32,688 nt of DNA from Bdellovibrionota bacterium (lineage in GTDB: Bacteria > Bdellovibrionota > Bdellovibrionia > Bdellovibrionales > JAEYZS01), in contig CAUJEF010000054.1 in assembly GCA_963169515.1 (NCBI GenBank), positions 1 through 32,688 on the forward strand, given 5' to 3'. A program made the translations under genes and the position numbers. The notes beneath the pieces were generated by a model, which saw only the letters and a list, made by a program, of their open reading frames with translations, did not search any database and was not told where the DNA came from. Shown here one piece after another: positions 1 through 9,283 of the stretch (position 1 is its first letter; the number at the start of each line of letters is the position of its first letter).

Positions 1-33
1 TTGGCCCAAACGCAAAAGCCTTCAAACACGAAT

Positions 34-126
34 AAGGTACGCCGTTCCCTTTCAAGAAACATTGCGCAATCCGTCCGAAACTCTGACAATTTGCGCAATG
101 TTTCTTGAAAGGGAACGGCGTACCTT
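34..126. repeat. Perfect 36-bp inverted repeat (arms 34-69 and 91-126, 21-nt loop); REP/REPIN- or MITE-like hairpin
   Basis: AAGGTACGCCGTTCCCTTTCAAGAAACATTGCGCAA at 34-69 is the exact reverse complement of 91-126. Confidence 0.92.
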
Positions 127-132
127 CTTAGT

Positions 133-1374
133 ATGCAAAGAAAAACTCATGTTGTACTAACATCACATCCACCGTTTATCTATAGGCAATCACCAGATGT
201 AAATTGGGGACATGCGGACCCGCTAGTTCGCGGGCCTGTAATTGGATCGCTCACCAACAAAACACATCGCAATGCGATTGGTACTCACAGTGGCAGCTAT
301 ACCGTATACCGCGCACTTGCAATGGCTGCCGCCCAGTTACCAACAGATTTCAAACCGGATCTAAGAAACACATCGCCAGCAGAAATCATTGGCCCCTATC
401 CGTCCTGGAAAGATCCTAAAAAAATTGTTTCTTTGGATCCATGGGGTGGTCACGGCAATGAGATCTTCGAGTCCTATTTCAAAAAAGGCTACGATATCAG
501 ACCTACAATCGCCGTAACAAAAGCCCATCTTGACCTTCCTGAAATTTCTGAGCTTATCAAAAGTAAAAAATTGAAAGTCGACGGCCACGTAATTAAAAAA
601 AGTAAAGATATCAGCGTTACCAAGGTGGCCATTGAACCTGTTTGGTACTTACCCGGAATCGCTGAGCGCTTCAAAATCACAGAGGCCGAACTTCGCAAAA
701 CACTCTTCGAACAAACTGGCGGAATGTTTCCGGAATTGATCACTCGGTTTGATTTAAAATTATTATTGCCACCAATTGGCCATACTTCGATTTACATTTT
801 CGGAAATATTAAAAACCTGGGAAATAAAAAGGCAGAACATACCTGCCGAGTTCATGACGAATGCAATGGTTCTGACGTGTTTGGTTCTGATATCTGCACG
901 TGCCGACCTTACTTAGTTCACGGAATTGAGGAGGCCGTTAAGACTGCACAAACGGGTGGAGTGGGCATAATTGCTTACTTCCGAAAAGAAGGGCGCTCGC
1001 TTGGCGAAGTCACAAAGTTTTTGGTTTATAATGCTCGCAAACGGAACAAAGACGGCGATACAGCATCTGAATATTTCCACCGCACCGAGTGCGTCGCCGG
1101 GGTCCAAGATATGCGCTTCCAAGAACTGATGCCCGACATCCTTCATTGGATGGGTGTCACACGCATTGATAACTTAATTTCGATGAGCAATATGAAGTAC
1201 GACGCTATCGTTCGCAGTGGAATAACAGTAAAGAATCGTATTGATATTCCAGCTGACCGAATTCCAAAAGATGCCCTGGTGGAAATGGAAGCAAAGAAAG
1301 CCGCTGGCTACTTTACAAAAGACGCTTCTAAAAAAGAGCTTTCAAAAGTAAAAGGCCGCACCCTGGATGATTAA
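133..1374 (+). CDS. GTP cyclohydrolase II-like protein, Urc1/Urg1 family (N-terminal extension plus RibA-like domain)
   Basis: RVHDECNGSDVFGSDICTCRPYL zinc-binding motif; EGRSLGEVTKFLVYNARKR; N-terminal WG..DP..RGPVIGS and HRNAIGTHSGSY motifs; adjacent to Urc4-like gene and upp. Confidence 0.9.
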   Translation: MQRKTHVVLTSHPPFIYRQSPDVNWGHADPLVRGPVIGSLTNKTHRNAIGTHSGSYTVYRALAMAAAQLPTDFKPDLRNTSPAEIIGPYPSWKDPKKIVSLDPWGGHGNEIFESYFKKGYDIRPTIAVTKAHLDLPEISELIKSKKLKVDGHVIKKSKDISVTKVAIEPVWYLPGIAERFKITEAELRKTLFEQTGGMFPELITRFDLKLLLPPIGHTSIYIFGNIKNLGNKKAEHTCRVHDECNGSDVFGSDICTCRPYLVHGIEEAVKTAQTGGVGIIAYFRKEGRSLGEVTKFLVYNARKRNKDGDTASEYFHRTECVAGVQDMRFQELMPDILHWMGVTRIDNLISMSNMKYDAIVRSGITVKNRIDIPADRIPKDALVEMEAKKAAGYFTKDASKKELSKVKGRTLDD

Positions 1375-2590
1375 AGAAAAAGATTTGGAGTTAATTTTTA
1401 CCCCCAAAAGGGTTCGCGAACAGTCCGAACGTATTTTTGAGTTGGCCATTCAGCAAAAGACGCATTTTAATATCCATTTGGATCAAATGGATAAATGTGC
1501 TCAGTTTGTTGTTGAAACAATTAATCAGAACTATCCTGATCTAAACATTCCGTTTCATTCCCGCTGGGGACACTTCAAGGTCGGCGGGGTTGACCGCATC
1601 AGCTTCTTGAACAAAAAACTGGAACCACTTCCTATACGCGATCGCGTACGCGCAAAACTAGATCTTGCTATTGTTTCTGTTCTGCTTGACGCAGGTGCCG
1701 GCATGGAGTGGAGCTATAACGACGTCAACGCAAAAAAGTATTCCAAATCCGAAGGCCTTGCCGTTGCAAGTTTTAATTTATTTCTACAAGGTTTTTTTTC
1801 CTCAGACAAAAAAAATAACTTACGCGTTGATGCAGAAAAATTAATTTCCATCAAACCGAGTGACATCGCCCTTGGTTTTCAAGCCTCAAAAAACAACCCG
1901 TTGGTTGGTACAGAGGGCAGGTCCCAAGTTCTTCAAAGGCTGGGATCTGCTCTTAACAACAATAAACCTTATTTTCCAGGTAAAGATTCACGCCCAGGAA
2001 ACTTAATTGATCACCTGATAAGTGTATCGGATAATAATAAAATTCATGCCGAGCAAATATTAAAGGCTCTGTTGTTTGGGCTCAATGAAATTTGGCCCGC
2101 CCGAATTCAAATAAGTGGACAAAACCTAGGTGATGTTTGGAATTATACTAATATTTCTATTAGTCCCTCGTTTGAAAGTCTTGTTCCATTTCATAAATTG
2201 TCGCAATGGATGACCTATTCGCTAATCGAACCCATTGAAGAAATGGGATTACAAGTGACCCATCTCAATGATCTTACAGGGCTGCCTGAATACCGTAACG
2301 GCGGACTCTTTTACGATATGGGCGTTTTGAGTTTAAGGCATCAAGCAGACTTAGAAAAAGTGCATACTCCGGAATCTGCATTTATAATCGAGTGGCGCGC
2401 ACTGACTGTAGTTCTTTTAGATAAAATTGCCGAGCTTGTAAGAAAGAAGCTAAACAAAAATGAAGATGAGTTTCCATTGATTAAAATCTTAGAAGGTGGA
2501 ACCTGGTGGGCAGGACGTCGAATTGCAAAAGAAAAGCGACGCGATGGGGGTGCGCCATTTAAAATTCAAAGCGATGGAACCGTTTTTTAA
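1367..2590 (+). CDS. Urc4/Urg3 family protein (DUF1688)
   Basis: IPFHSRWGHF, VSVLLDAGAG, SEGLAVAS, FHKLSQWMTYSL, LTGLPEYRNGGL and C-terminal SDGTVF motifs; 8-nt overlap with upstream gene. Confidence 0.9.
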   Translation: MIKEKDLELIFTPKRVREQSERIFELAIQQKTHFNIHLDQMDKCAQFVVETINQNYPDLNIPFHSRWGHFKVGGVDRISFLNKKLEPLPIRDRVRAKLDLAIVSVLLDAGAGMEWSYNDVNAKKYSKSEGLAVASFNLFLQGFFSSDKKNNLRVDAEKLISIKPSDIALGFQASKNNPLVGTEGRSQVLQRLGSALNNNKPYFPGKDSRPGNLIDHLISVSDNNKIHAEQILKALLFGLNEIWPARIQISGQNLGDVWNYTNISISPSFESLVPFHKLSQWMTYSLIEPIEEMGLQVTHLNDLTGLPEYRNGGLFYDMGVLSLRHQADLEKVHTPESAFIIEWRALTVVLLDKIAELVRKKLNKNEDEFPLIKILEGGTWWAGRRIAKEKRRDGGAPFKIQSDGTVF

Positions 2591-2601
2591 GGGAAGGACT
2601 T

Positions 2602-3228
2602 ATGAAAAAACCACAAGTTTTAGAACATCCATTATTAACGCACAAGTTATCAATCTTGCGGGATGAAAAAACATCTCCGTTTGAGTTTCGACAAATTCTA
2701 AACGAAATCAGCGCGATGATGGCCTATGAAGCGACAAAAGATCTAAACGTAAAGTCGGTAAGCATTTCAACCCCATTAGAAAAAACTACTGTCCACAGGA
2801 TTTCTGACGAGATCTGCATCGCTTCCATCCTGCGTGCAGGCGAAGGCATGGTTGATGGGTTTATCAAAGCGCTCCCATTTGCAAGCATTGGCCATATTGG
2901 AATTTATCGTGATAAAGCCTTAAACAACACCGTAGAATATTATTTCAAACTTCCCAAAAAGGTCAAAGGCGCTCGAATTATACTGATCGACCCCCTTCTT
3001 GCAACGGGTGACACTGCATTGGCGGCTATTGATCGCCTGAAGGAATACGAGGTAGGTCCAATAAAATTTGTAAATATTCTTTCTTCATCAATTGGAATCA
3101 AGAAAATTTTGACAGAACATCCCGACGTAGACATCTTAACCCTTTCAATTGAACGCGAAGTAAATAAAAGTGGTTATCTGTTACCAGGACTGGGTGATGC
3201 CGGAGACAGAATTTTTGGAACAATCTAA
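2602..3228 (+). CDS. upp: Uracil phosphoribosyltransferase
   Basis: ILRAGEGM, PRPP-binding LIDPLLATGDT, GYLLPGLGDAGDRIFGT; SD-like GGAAGGA upstream. Confidence 0.96.
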   Translation: MKKPQVLEHPLLTHKLSILRDEKTSPFEFRQILNEISAMMAYEATKDLNVKSVSISTPLEKTTVHRISDEICIASILRAGEGMVDGFIKALPFASIGHIGIYRDKALNNTVEYYFKLPKKVKGARIILIDPLLATGDTALAAIDRLKEYEVGPIKFVNILSSSIGIKKILTEHPDVDILTLSIEREVNKSGYLLPGLGDAGDRIFGTI

Positions 3229-3824
3229 TGGTTAAGGTCATTGGTATTTCTGGGGGCAGCGGAGCCGGCAAAACGACCCTGGCCCAAAAAATCGTCAAAG
3301 CGTTTGGTCCTCAGAACTGTACCCTAATATCCCAAGACAGCTACTATATTGATCAAAGCGCACGCTTTGATAAAGATGGCGGTGCTGTAAATTTCGATCA
3401 CCCATCAAGCTTAGATTTTAAATTAATGGCATCCCATGCCCACGACTTAAAAAACAAAAAATCCATCCAAGTTCCCATGTATGATTTCGCCACGCACAAA
3501 CGACTAATACAATCAATTGTGCTTGAATCACACCCAATTGTGATTTTAGAAGGAACCTTACTCCTGTCACAGAAAGTCGTACGCGATCAATGCGATGTAA
3601 AAATTTTTGTTCAAGTCCCAGAGGAAATTCGATTTTCCCGCCGTTTAAAGCGCGATCAAGAAGAACGCGGTCGAACAGTCGACGGCGTAACGGCTCAGTT
3701 TTATAACCAGGTTAAACCGATGCACGATGAGTTTGTCGCTCCTTCAATGAATTTTGCTGACATAATCGTAAAAAATGATGATTACGAATATTGTATACGT
3801 GTTTTAAAGCAAAAACTCGCCTAG
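3228..3824 (+). CDS. udk: Uridine kinase
   Basis: P-loop GGSGAGKTT, QDSYY, NFDHP, RRLKRDQEERGR, VKPMH..FVAPS; TAATG coupling to upp. Confidence 0.95.
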   Translation: MVKVIGISGGSGAGKTTLAQKIVKAFGPQNCTLISQDSYYIDQSARFDKDGGAVNFDHPSSLDFKLMASHAHDLKNKKSIQVPMYDFATHKRLIQSIVLESHPIVILEGTLLLSQKVVRDQCDVKIFVQVPEEIRFSRRLKRDQEERGRTVDGVTAQFYNQVKPMHDEFVAPSMNFADIIVKNDDYEYCIRVLKQKLA

Positions 3825-3883
3825 CCGCGAAGTGCGCCCTTGCTCTTTACCTGAACATTGACTATTCAGAAGCACGGGGGCCT

Positions 3884-4522
3884 ATGAATTTAATTTTATC
3901 CATCCTTACTTTTTTTACTATAACAAATGCGACAGTTTTTAAATATCCAGAAAGCTGGTGGGCACCTGTTAATGGCGATAACATTCCAGAATGGGAGGTT
4001 TTACCTCAAAGCGCCGTATATGGGAAAAGCGTCGTTCTTTCTAAGCGAAATGAGCTTGGAGTTTTCTCAAACCTTTCTCGCGCCCCATTTATTTTTCGAG
4101 GCCAAAAATATGCAAGCATTGAAGGGCTTTGGCAAAGCATGAAATATCCAGAGGGCCCAAATGATCCGCGCTGGAATGTTCCTGGTGTAGTTTGGAAATA
4201 CACGCGCGAACAAGTTTCTCAATTGGTAGACTTCGAATCAAAAGCGGCAGGCGATTTAGCTAATGAAAATATGAAAAAAATGAAAATCAATTGGGTTACG
4301 TTTGAAGGCGAACGCATCGTTTACAAGGGCGACGGAGCGGCCCGACATTATGAAATCATATTTGCGGCATCCCAAGAAAAAGTTAAGCAAAATGAGAAAA
4401 TAAAGAAATTATTGAAATCCACCGGAACGCTAGTGTTGCTTCCAGATCACAAAATTGATTCCGCATCACCACCAGCGTATCGCTATTTTGATATTTACAT
4501 GAAAATTCGAGATGCTCTTTAA
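3884..4522 (+). CDS. NADAR (YbiA/RibX)-like domain protein with predicted N-terminal signal peptide
   Basis: FSNLSRAPFIFRGQKYASIEGLWQSMKY resembles the NADAR core and KKLLKSTG..L its C-terminal motif; ATG 3884 follows GGGGG; hydrophobic N-terminus MNLILSILTFFTITNA. Confidence 0.65.
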   Translation: MNLILSILTFFTITNATVFKYPESWWAPVNGDNIPEWEVLPQSAVYGKSVVLSKRNELGVFSNLSRAPFIFRGQKYASIEGLWQSMKYPEGPNDPRWNVPGVVWKYTREQVSQLVDFESKAAGDLANENMKKMKINWVTFEGERIVYKGDGAARHYEIIFAASQEKVKQNEKIKKLLKSTGTLVLLPDHKIDSASPPAYRYFDIYMKIRDAL

Positions 4523-5445
4523 TTATGAGGTTGAGTTAAAAGAAATTGCATCAGTTGCTGAATAGTGCCGCCAAGGCTCTGCATCTCTGGTTCATTACAC
4601 ACTGGTTCGGGCTGAGGTTCTTTTAATTGTTCTGGGTCCATTTCTTCTGTCGAAATTGGACATTTAAATTGGCCAATATCACGTTTTAGGTATCGAATTG
4701 AGTAACAGACCCTTTCTGGTGTCTCTTCTGCAGAAAGATTTTTCCAGGTGAGTCTTTTATTTCGAATTGCCTTTGCTATTTCAAGATACAGCGGCGTTAA
4801 GCTCGCTCGGATGGCACATACAACATCGGATCCCGGTTTGTTAGGATTTCCATGTTCATAACCCCAACGACACATTTCCTCAAAAAAGGCTTTTTCTTTG
4901 GACCAACCATCCCTAAGCATTCTAAAAAGACCCACAAGCATTCCTGTACGATCTTCGCCAACAGTGCAGTGGACAAACATTTTTCTGTCTGGGGACTCGT
5001 CCACCTCTTTCATATATTTTAAAGCCCTGAGGGTGTCAGCGCAGGGCTGATACGGATCCTCGATATCCTTCCAGGGCATCGGAAGAATTTCAGCACGAAC
5101 TCCATTTGCCTCAAGCTCTGCCTTTTCGATCTCGCCGCTATCCTCACCGGGTGCCGACGAGCTTGACCGAGATTTAAAAATTAAAACGTCCGTGATGTTG
5201 TTTTTATAGATTTCATTTAACTTCTCACGTGGTTCCATTCCACGAAAAATCTTAGGTTGGCCGCTTCGATCCACGCTTACCGTGTGAGTGTTCAAAATAG
5301 TAAAAAACGACCGTAGATCTTCAGACGGAAAAAATGGAGACTTCAACGGAGGGGTTGGCGCAGGAGAAATGGGAGCTTCCTGTTGTGCATTTGCAACAAA
5401 TCCAACCAAAACCGTGGATAAAACAAAAAGTAAGATCTTTTTCAT
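4519..5445 (-). CDS. Exported protein-tyrosine/dual-specificity phosphatase-like protein
   Basis: CX5R P-loop VHCTVGEDRTG; IFRGMEP; signal peptide MKKILLFVLSTVLVGFVANA. Confidence 0.8.
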   Translation of the reverse strand: MKKILLFVLSTVLVGFVANAQQEAPISPAPTPPLKSPFFPSEDLRSFFTILNTHTVSVDRSGQPKIFRGMEPREKLNEIYKNNITDVLIFKSRSSSSAPGEDSGEIEKAELEANGVRAEILPMPWKDIEDPYQPCADTLRALKYMKEVDESPDRKMFVHCTVGEDRTGMLVGLFRMLRDGWSKEKAFFEEMCRWGYEHGNPNKPGSDVVCAIRASLTPLYLEIAKAIRNKRLTWKNLSAEETPERVCYSIRYLKRDIGQFKCPISTEEMDPEQLKEPQPEPVCNEPEMQSLGGTIQQLMQFLLTQPHN

Positions 5446-5482
5446 TATGGCTCTTTCTTAAGCCATGAGTATAACATAGAAT

Positions 5483-6193
5483 TTAAAGAACTCGGTAACC
5501 GCCATCCCCACGAATGTAAAAATTGTTGGATCGTCTGTCCTCTTTCAATGGGGTTTTCACCACCCAGTTGAGGTTCAATTCGATCCCAGCAATCGGGTTA
5601 TCCGTCGTACCGACATTAACCGTTCTCACGACCTGCGACGTTACATTGAAATTGTACATCCATACGACAGTCACTGTAGAAGGTACAAAACCCACCTCTG
5701 ACAAATACCGTCCCCTTCCATCAACCTGGCCATTGTAGGCATAGGTCACCATAAACTCAAAGTTAACAACTTTGATTCCGTATAGATTTTTATAAATAAC
5801 CTGATATTTTCTAGCAACCGGATCCCGCCAGTTTTCCATTTCCATCCAACTTTGAATTCCGTTTGGAACTGCGCTGGCGCGGGACAATTCAACATTCACC
5901 ACGGGTTTGTTATCCACGATAACTTTCCAAACTTTCTTACCAATATTGACGATTTGGCTTAGATCATCAGAACCCAACTTCGGAGTGGACATTTTGGGAG
6001 TGTCCATGTTTGTCATCGAGTAAACTTGAACAAGATCTTCTGCGGTTGGATCTATCTCACGAATCTCCATGGTACCAATGCTGTAGTAGCCATGATCAAC
6101 TTGCCATTCGTATGGCATCGTATTTTGTGAATTATGCGATGCCATTGCTAAGGAACTGAAAAAAGAAAAAAGAAAAATCAAAGATTTATACAT
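5483..6193 (-). CDS. Exported hypothetical protein with beta-rich C-terminal domain
   Basis: Long ORF; ATG 6193 after G-rich SD; signal peptide MYKSLIFLFSFFSSLAMA. Confidence 0.7.
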   Translation of the reverse strand: MYKSLIFLFSFFSSLAMASHNSQNTMPYEWQVDHGYYSIGTMEIREIDPTAEDLVQVYSMTNMDTPKMSTPKLGSDDLSQIVNIGKKVWKVIVDNKPVVNVELSRASAVPNGIQSWMEMENWRDPVARKYQVIYKNLYGIKVVNFEFMVTYAYNGQVDGRGRYLSEVGFVPSTVTVVWMYNFNVTSQVVRTVNVGTTDNPIAGIELNLNWVVKTPLKEDRRSNNFYIRGDGGYRVL

Positions 6194-6319
6194 GAATGGC
6201 CCCCCCGTACATTTAGCCAATACATATTAACAAAACTTATTATTTTCAAGCTAGAATACGGCTACGGCGGCATTTTTTAGGTTAACCACAGAAACGCTTA
6301 TACTAAAAATAGAGGCAGC

Positions 6320-8176
6320 TTATTCATCATCCCCGCGACGGCGTACAACGCTTCTCATATTCGTAGCCAATACTTTTTTACGCATCCTAATATTTTTAGG
6401 CGTCACTTCGATCCATTCATCGTCTTCAAGCCACTCTATGCAGCGCTCAAGGCTCATTTCACGAATGCCTTTTAGACGTACAAGAATCTCTGCATTTGCA
6501 GCGCGGACGTTTGTCAGTTTCTTTTCTTTCGTCGGATTAACATTCAAGTCGTTTTCTTTATTGAACTCACCAATCACCATGCCTTCGTAGACCTCCGTCC
6601 CTGGTCGGATAAACATAACCCCACGGTCCTCAAGATTCATTAGCGCATACTCGGTCGCCATCCCGGTTGAGTCAGCAATAATCGCTCCGCTTGTTCGGTG
6701 AAGCATTTCGCCCTTCCAGGCTGTCCAACCTATAATACGCGAAGTGAAAATACCTTCACCTCGTGTCGCTGTTAGGAATCGGGATCTCATACCCAATAGA
6801 CCACGCGTTGGGACCTCAAATTCAAGGCGCGCTCTCCCTGAACCACTCGGTTCAAACGTAACCAAGATACCTTTTCGCTCTTGAAACATTTTTGAAACGT
6901 CACCTGTATAAGTTTGCGGTAGGTCTAAAGTCAGCCGTTCTAATGGCTCCTTTTTTTGACCATTTTCAATTTGGGTCAAAACAATGGGTTTACCCACCAA
7001 GAACTCAAGGCCTTCTCGGCGCATTTGCTCTATAAGAACTGCAAATTGCAATTCCCCTCGACCCAACACTCGAAACTGATCTGGAAGGTCCGTCTCTTCA
7101 AACCGTAGAGCTACATTTAGCCGCACTTCTCGCAATAATCGCTCGCGCAATTTTCGGGACTGAACAGCCTCGCCATCTTTGCCTGAAAATGGAGATGTGT
7201 TGACCGAAAAAACCATGGCAATATTCGGCGGGTCCACGGTAATTCGTGGAAGCGGCTGAACCGCTTCATCTGCAAGGGTGTCACCGATTTCAAATGTATC
7301 ATGACCTGCAATAACAGCAACGTCGCCTGCCTGTAATAATTCAGTTTCCTTTTGTTCTAGGCCTTTGAATGAAAATAGCTTTGTGACTTTGAATTTCTCT
7401 GAAATGCCCTTGTCGCCCTTTCGGCAAATCCACTGCCCTGCCTTGATCGAACCAGACATGATTCGCCCAATTGCCAATCGACCCACATAATCCGACCAAC
7501 CAAGATTTGTGACCATCATCTGGAATCCTCCCGCATCCTTGATTTTTGGCGGGGGAATTACCTCTAGAATTGCATCAAACAGTGGTTTTAAAGATCCCTT
7601 TTTTTCGCCTGAAATCAAATGTGGAATATCCTCGAAATTTGACGTGCACCACCCCTGTCGCGCACACGCATACAAGATTGGAAAATCGGCTTGGTCTTCG
7701 CTTGCTCCCAGGTCAATGAACAAATCAAAGGCGTGATTTACAACCTCTTTGATACGATGCCCTCCCTCACACTCGGGGCGGTCTACTTTATTCACAACTA
7801 AAATAACTTTGTGTCCTTGCGCCAAGGATTTTTGAAGCACAAAGCGCGTTTGTGGAAGCGGGCCTTCTGCGGCATCCACCAACAGTACGGAACCGTCCAC
7901 CATACTTAAAATGCGCTCTACCTCACCACCAAAATCCGAATGCCCCGGGGTATCGACGATATTAATTCGATTTTCACCATATTGAATCGCTGCATTTTTT
8001 GCGCGAATGGTGATTCCACGCTCTCTCTCAAGGTCCATAGAATCCATCACGCGCTCATCAACTTGTTCGTGGGCGCTAAAAGTTCCTGCTTCTCGCAGTA
8101 AATAATCAACAAGGGTTGTTTTGCCATGGTCAACGTGTGCAATAATACAAATATTTCGAAGCTTTGAATTCAACAT
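6320..8176 (-). CDS. typA: Translational GTPase TypA/BipA
   Basis: [52 protein letters not shown]. Confidence 0.97.
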   Translation of the reverse strand: MLNSKLRNICIIAHVDHGKTTLVDYLLREAGTFSAHEQVDERVMDSMDLERERGITIRAKNAAIQYGENRINIVDTPGHSDFGGEVERILSMVDGSVLLVDAAEGPLPQTRFVLQKSLAQGHKVILVVNKVDRPECEGGHRIKEVVNHAFDLFIDLGASEDQADFPILYACARQGWCTSNFEDIPHLISGEKKGSLKPLFDAILEVIPPPKIKDAGGFQMMVTNLGWSDYVGRLAIGRIMSGSIKAGQWICRKGDKGISEKFKVTKLFSFKGLEQKETELLQAGDVAVIAGHDTFEIGDTLADEAVQPLPRITVDPPNIAMVFSVNTSPFSGKDGEAVQSRKLRERLLREVRLNVALRFEETDLPDQFRVLGRGELQFAVLIEQMRREGLEFLVGKPIVLTQIENGQKKEPLERLTLDLPQTYTGDVSKMFQERKGILVTFEPSGSGRARLEFEVPTRGLLGMRSRFLTATRGEGIFTSRIIGWTAWKGEMLHRTSGAIIADSTGMATEYALMNLEDRGVMFIRPGTEVYEGMVIGEFNKENDLNVNPTKEKKLTNVRAANAEILVRLKGIREMSLERCIEWLEDDEWIEVTPKNIRMRKKVLATNMRSVVRRRGDDE

Positions 8177-8300
8177 CGGTCATCTTTCGTTTTAAGGATC
8201 AGGCATACTAAGACAAAAAGTCCGATAGTTTAAGCGATTTTTTGTTGGATATTGTCATCTTTTTGTGTAAGAGTTTATCCTTTGACAAGGAGACTTAATT

Positions 8301-9266
8301 ATGGGGCCGATTACGCAGTTTATCGATCTTCATTACCGGCACTTTAACGCCGCAACCTTAAAGGACGCTGCTAAAGCGTATAAGGACCATGTGGACAGCG
8401 GTAACTTGATGATGGTTACACTTGCTGGCGCAATGAGTACTGCAGAACTGGGACTGTCTCTGGCTGAAATGATTCGACAAAATAAAATTCACGCAATCTC
8501 CTGCACGGGGGCAAACCTCGAAGAAGACGTCTTTAACCTTGTCGCGCACGAACACTATGTACGAATTCCAAACTATCGCGATTTAACTGCCGCTGATGAA
8601 GAAGCTCTTTTGGAAAAGGGCCTCAATCGCGTTACTGACACATGTATTCCCGAAGAAGAGGCTTTTCGTCGGGTAGAAGACACCGTTTTGAAAAAATGGA
8701 AGGAATGTTCCGCCCAAAAACGCGGGCTTTTGCCGCACCAATTTTTTTATGAAATCTTGCGTGAAGGAAGCTTGAAAAAACACTACCAAATCGATCCTAA
8801 AAACTCTTGGCTTATCGCTGCCGCAGAAAAAAATCTTCCTTTGTTTGTTCCAGGTTGGGAAGATTCAACCTTGGGAAATATTTTTGCCGCTCGAGTAATG
8901 GAAGGCAAGGCAGACCGAAACGCGATGAAAATGGGTATAGATTACATGATCGAGCTTGCAAAATGGTATACAGAGCAGGAAAAAAATAAATCTATTGGAT
9001 TTTTCCAAATTGGCGGCGGTATTGCGGGTGATTTCCCAATTTGTGTTGTACCCCTGATCGAACAGGATCTTCATAAAAATGTTCGCCGCTGGGGTTATTT
9101 CTGTCAAATCAGTGATTCTACCACAAGCTACGGCTCATACTCTGGCGCAGTTCCTAACGAAAAAATTACTTGGGGTAAGCTGTCTAAAGAAACACCTAAA
9201 TATATCATCGAGTCCGATGCGACCATTGTAGCTCCGTTGATGTTTGGATATGTTTTAGGCTGGTAA
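8301..9266 (+). CDS. Deoxyhypusine synthase-like protein (bacterial DHS/homospermidine synthase family)
   Basis: TLAGAMST, TGANLEED, EDSTLG, IGGG, GSYSGAVPNEKITWGK, SDATIVAP; SD AAGGAG. Confidence 0.9.
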   Translation: MGPITQFIDLHYRHFNAATLKDAAKAYKDHVDSGNLMMVTLAGAMSTAELGLSLAEMIRQNKIHAISCTGANLEEDVFNLVAHEHYVRIPNYRDLTAADEEALLEKGLNRVTDTCIPEEEAFRRVEDTVLKKWKECSAQKRGLLPHQFFYEILREGSLKKHYQIDPKNSWLIAAAEKNLPLFVPGWEDSTLGNIFAARVMEGKADRNAMKMGIDYMIELAKWYTEQEKNKSIGFFQIGGGIAGDFPICVVPLIEQDLHKNVRRWGYFCQISDSTTSYGSYSGAVPNEKITWGKLSKETPKYIIESDATIVAPLMFGYVLGW

Positions 9267-9283
9267 AGCAGAGGCGCAAAACA

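Noticed and set aside
1..35. Possible 3' end of an upstream gene (frame 3, GPNAKAFKHE*) stopping at the edge of the inverted repeat
   Set aside because: Too short to support; other frames are also open.
34..126. CRISPR repeat-spacer unit or tRNA (36-bp units)
   Set aside because: The units are inverted rather than direct, there are only two, no cas genes are present and there is no cloverleaf.
133..1374. Canonical riboflavin ribA or ribBA
   Set aside because: The N-terminal domain is Urc1-type rather than DHBP synthase, and the neighbours are urc4, upp and udk rather than rib genes.
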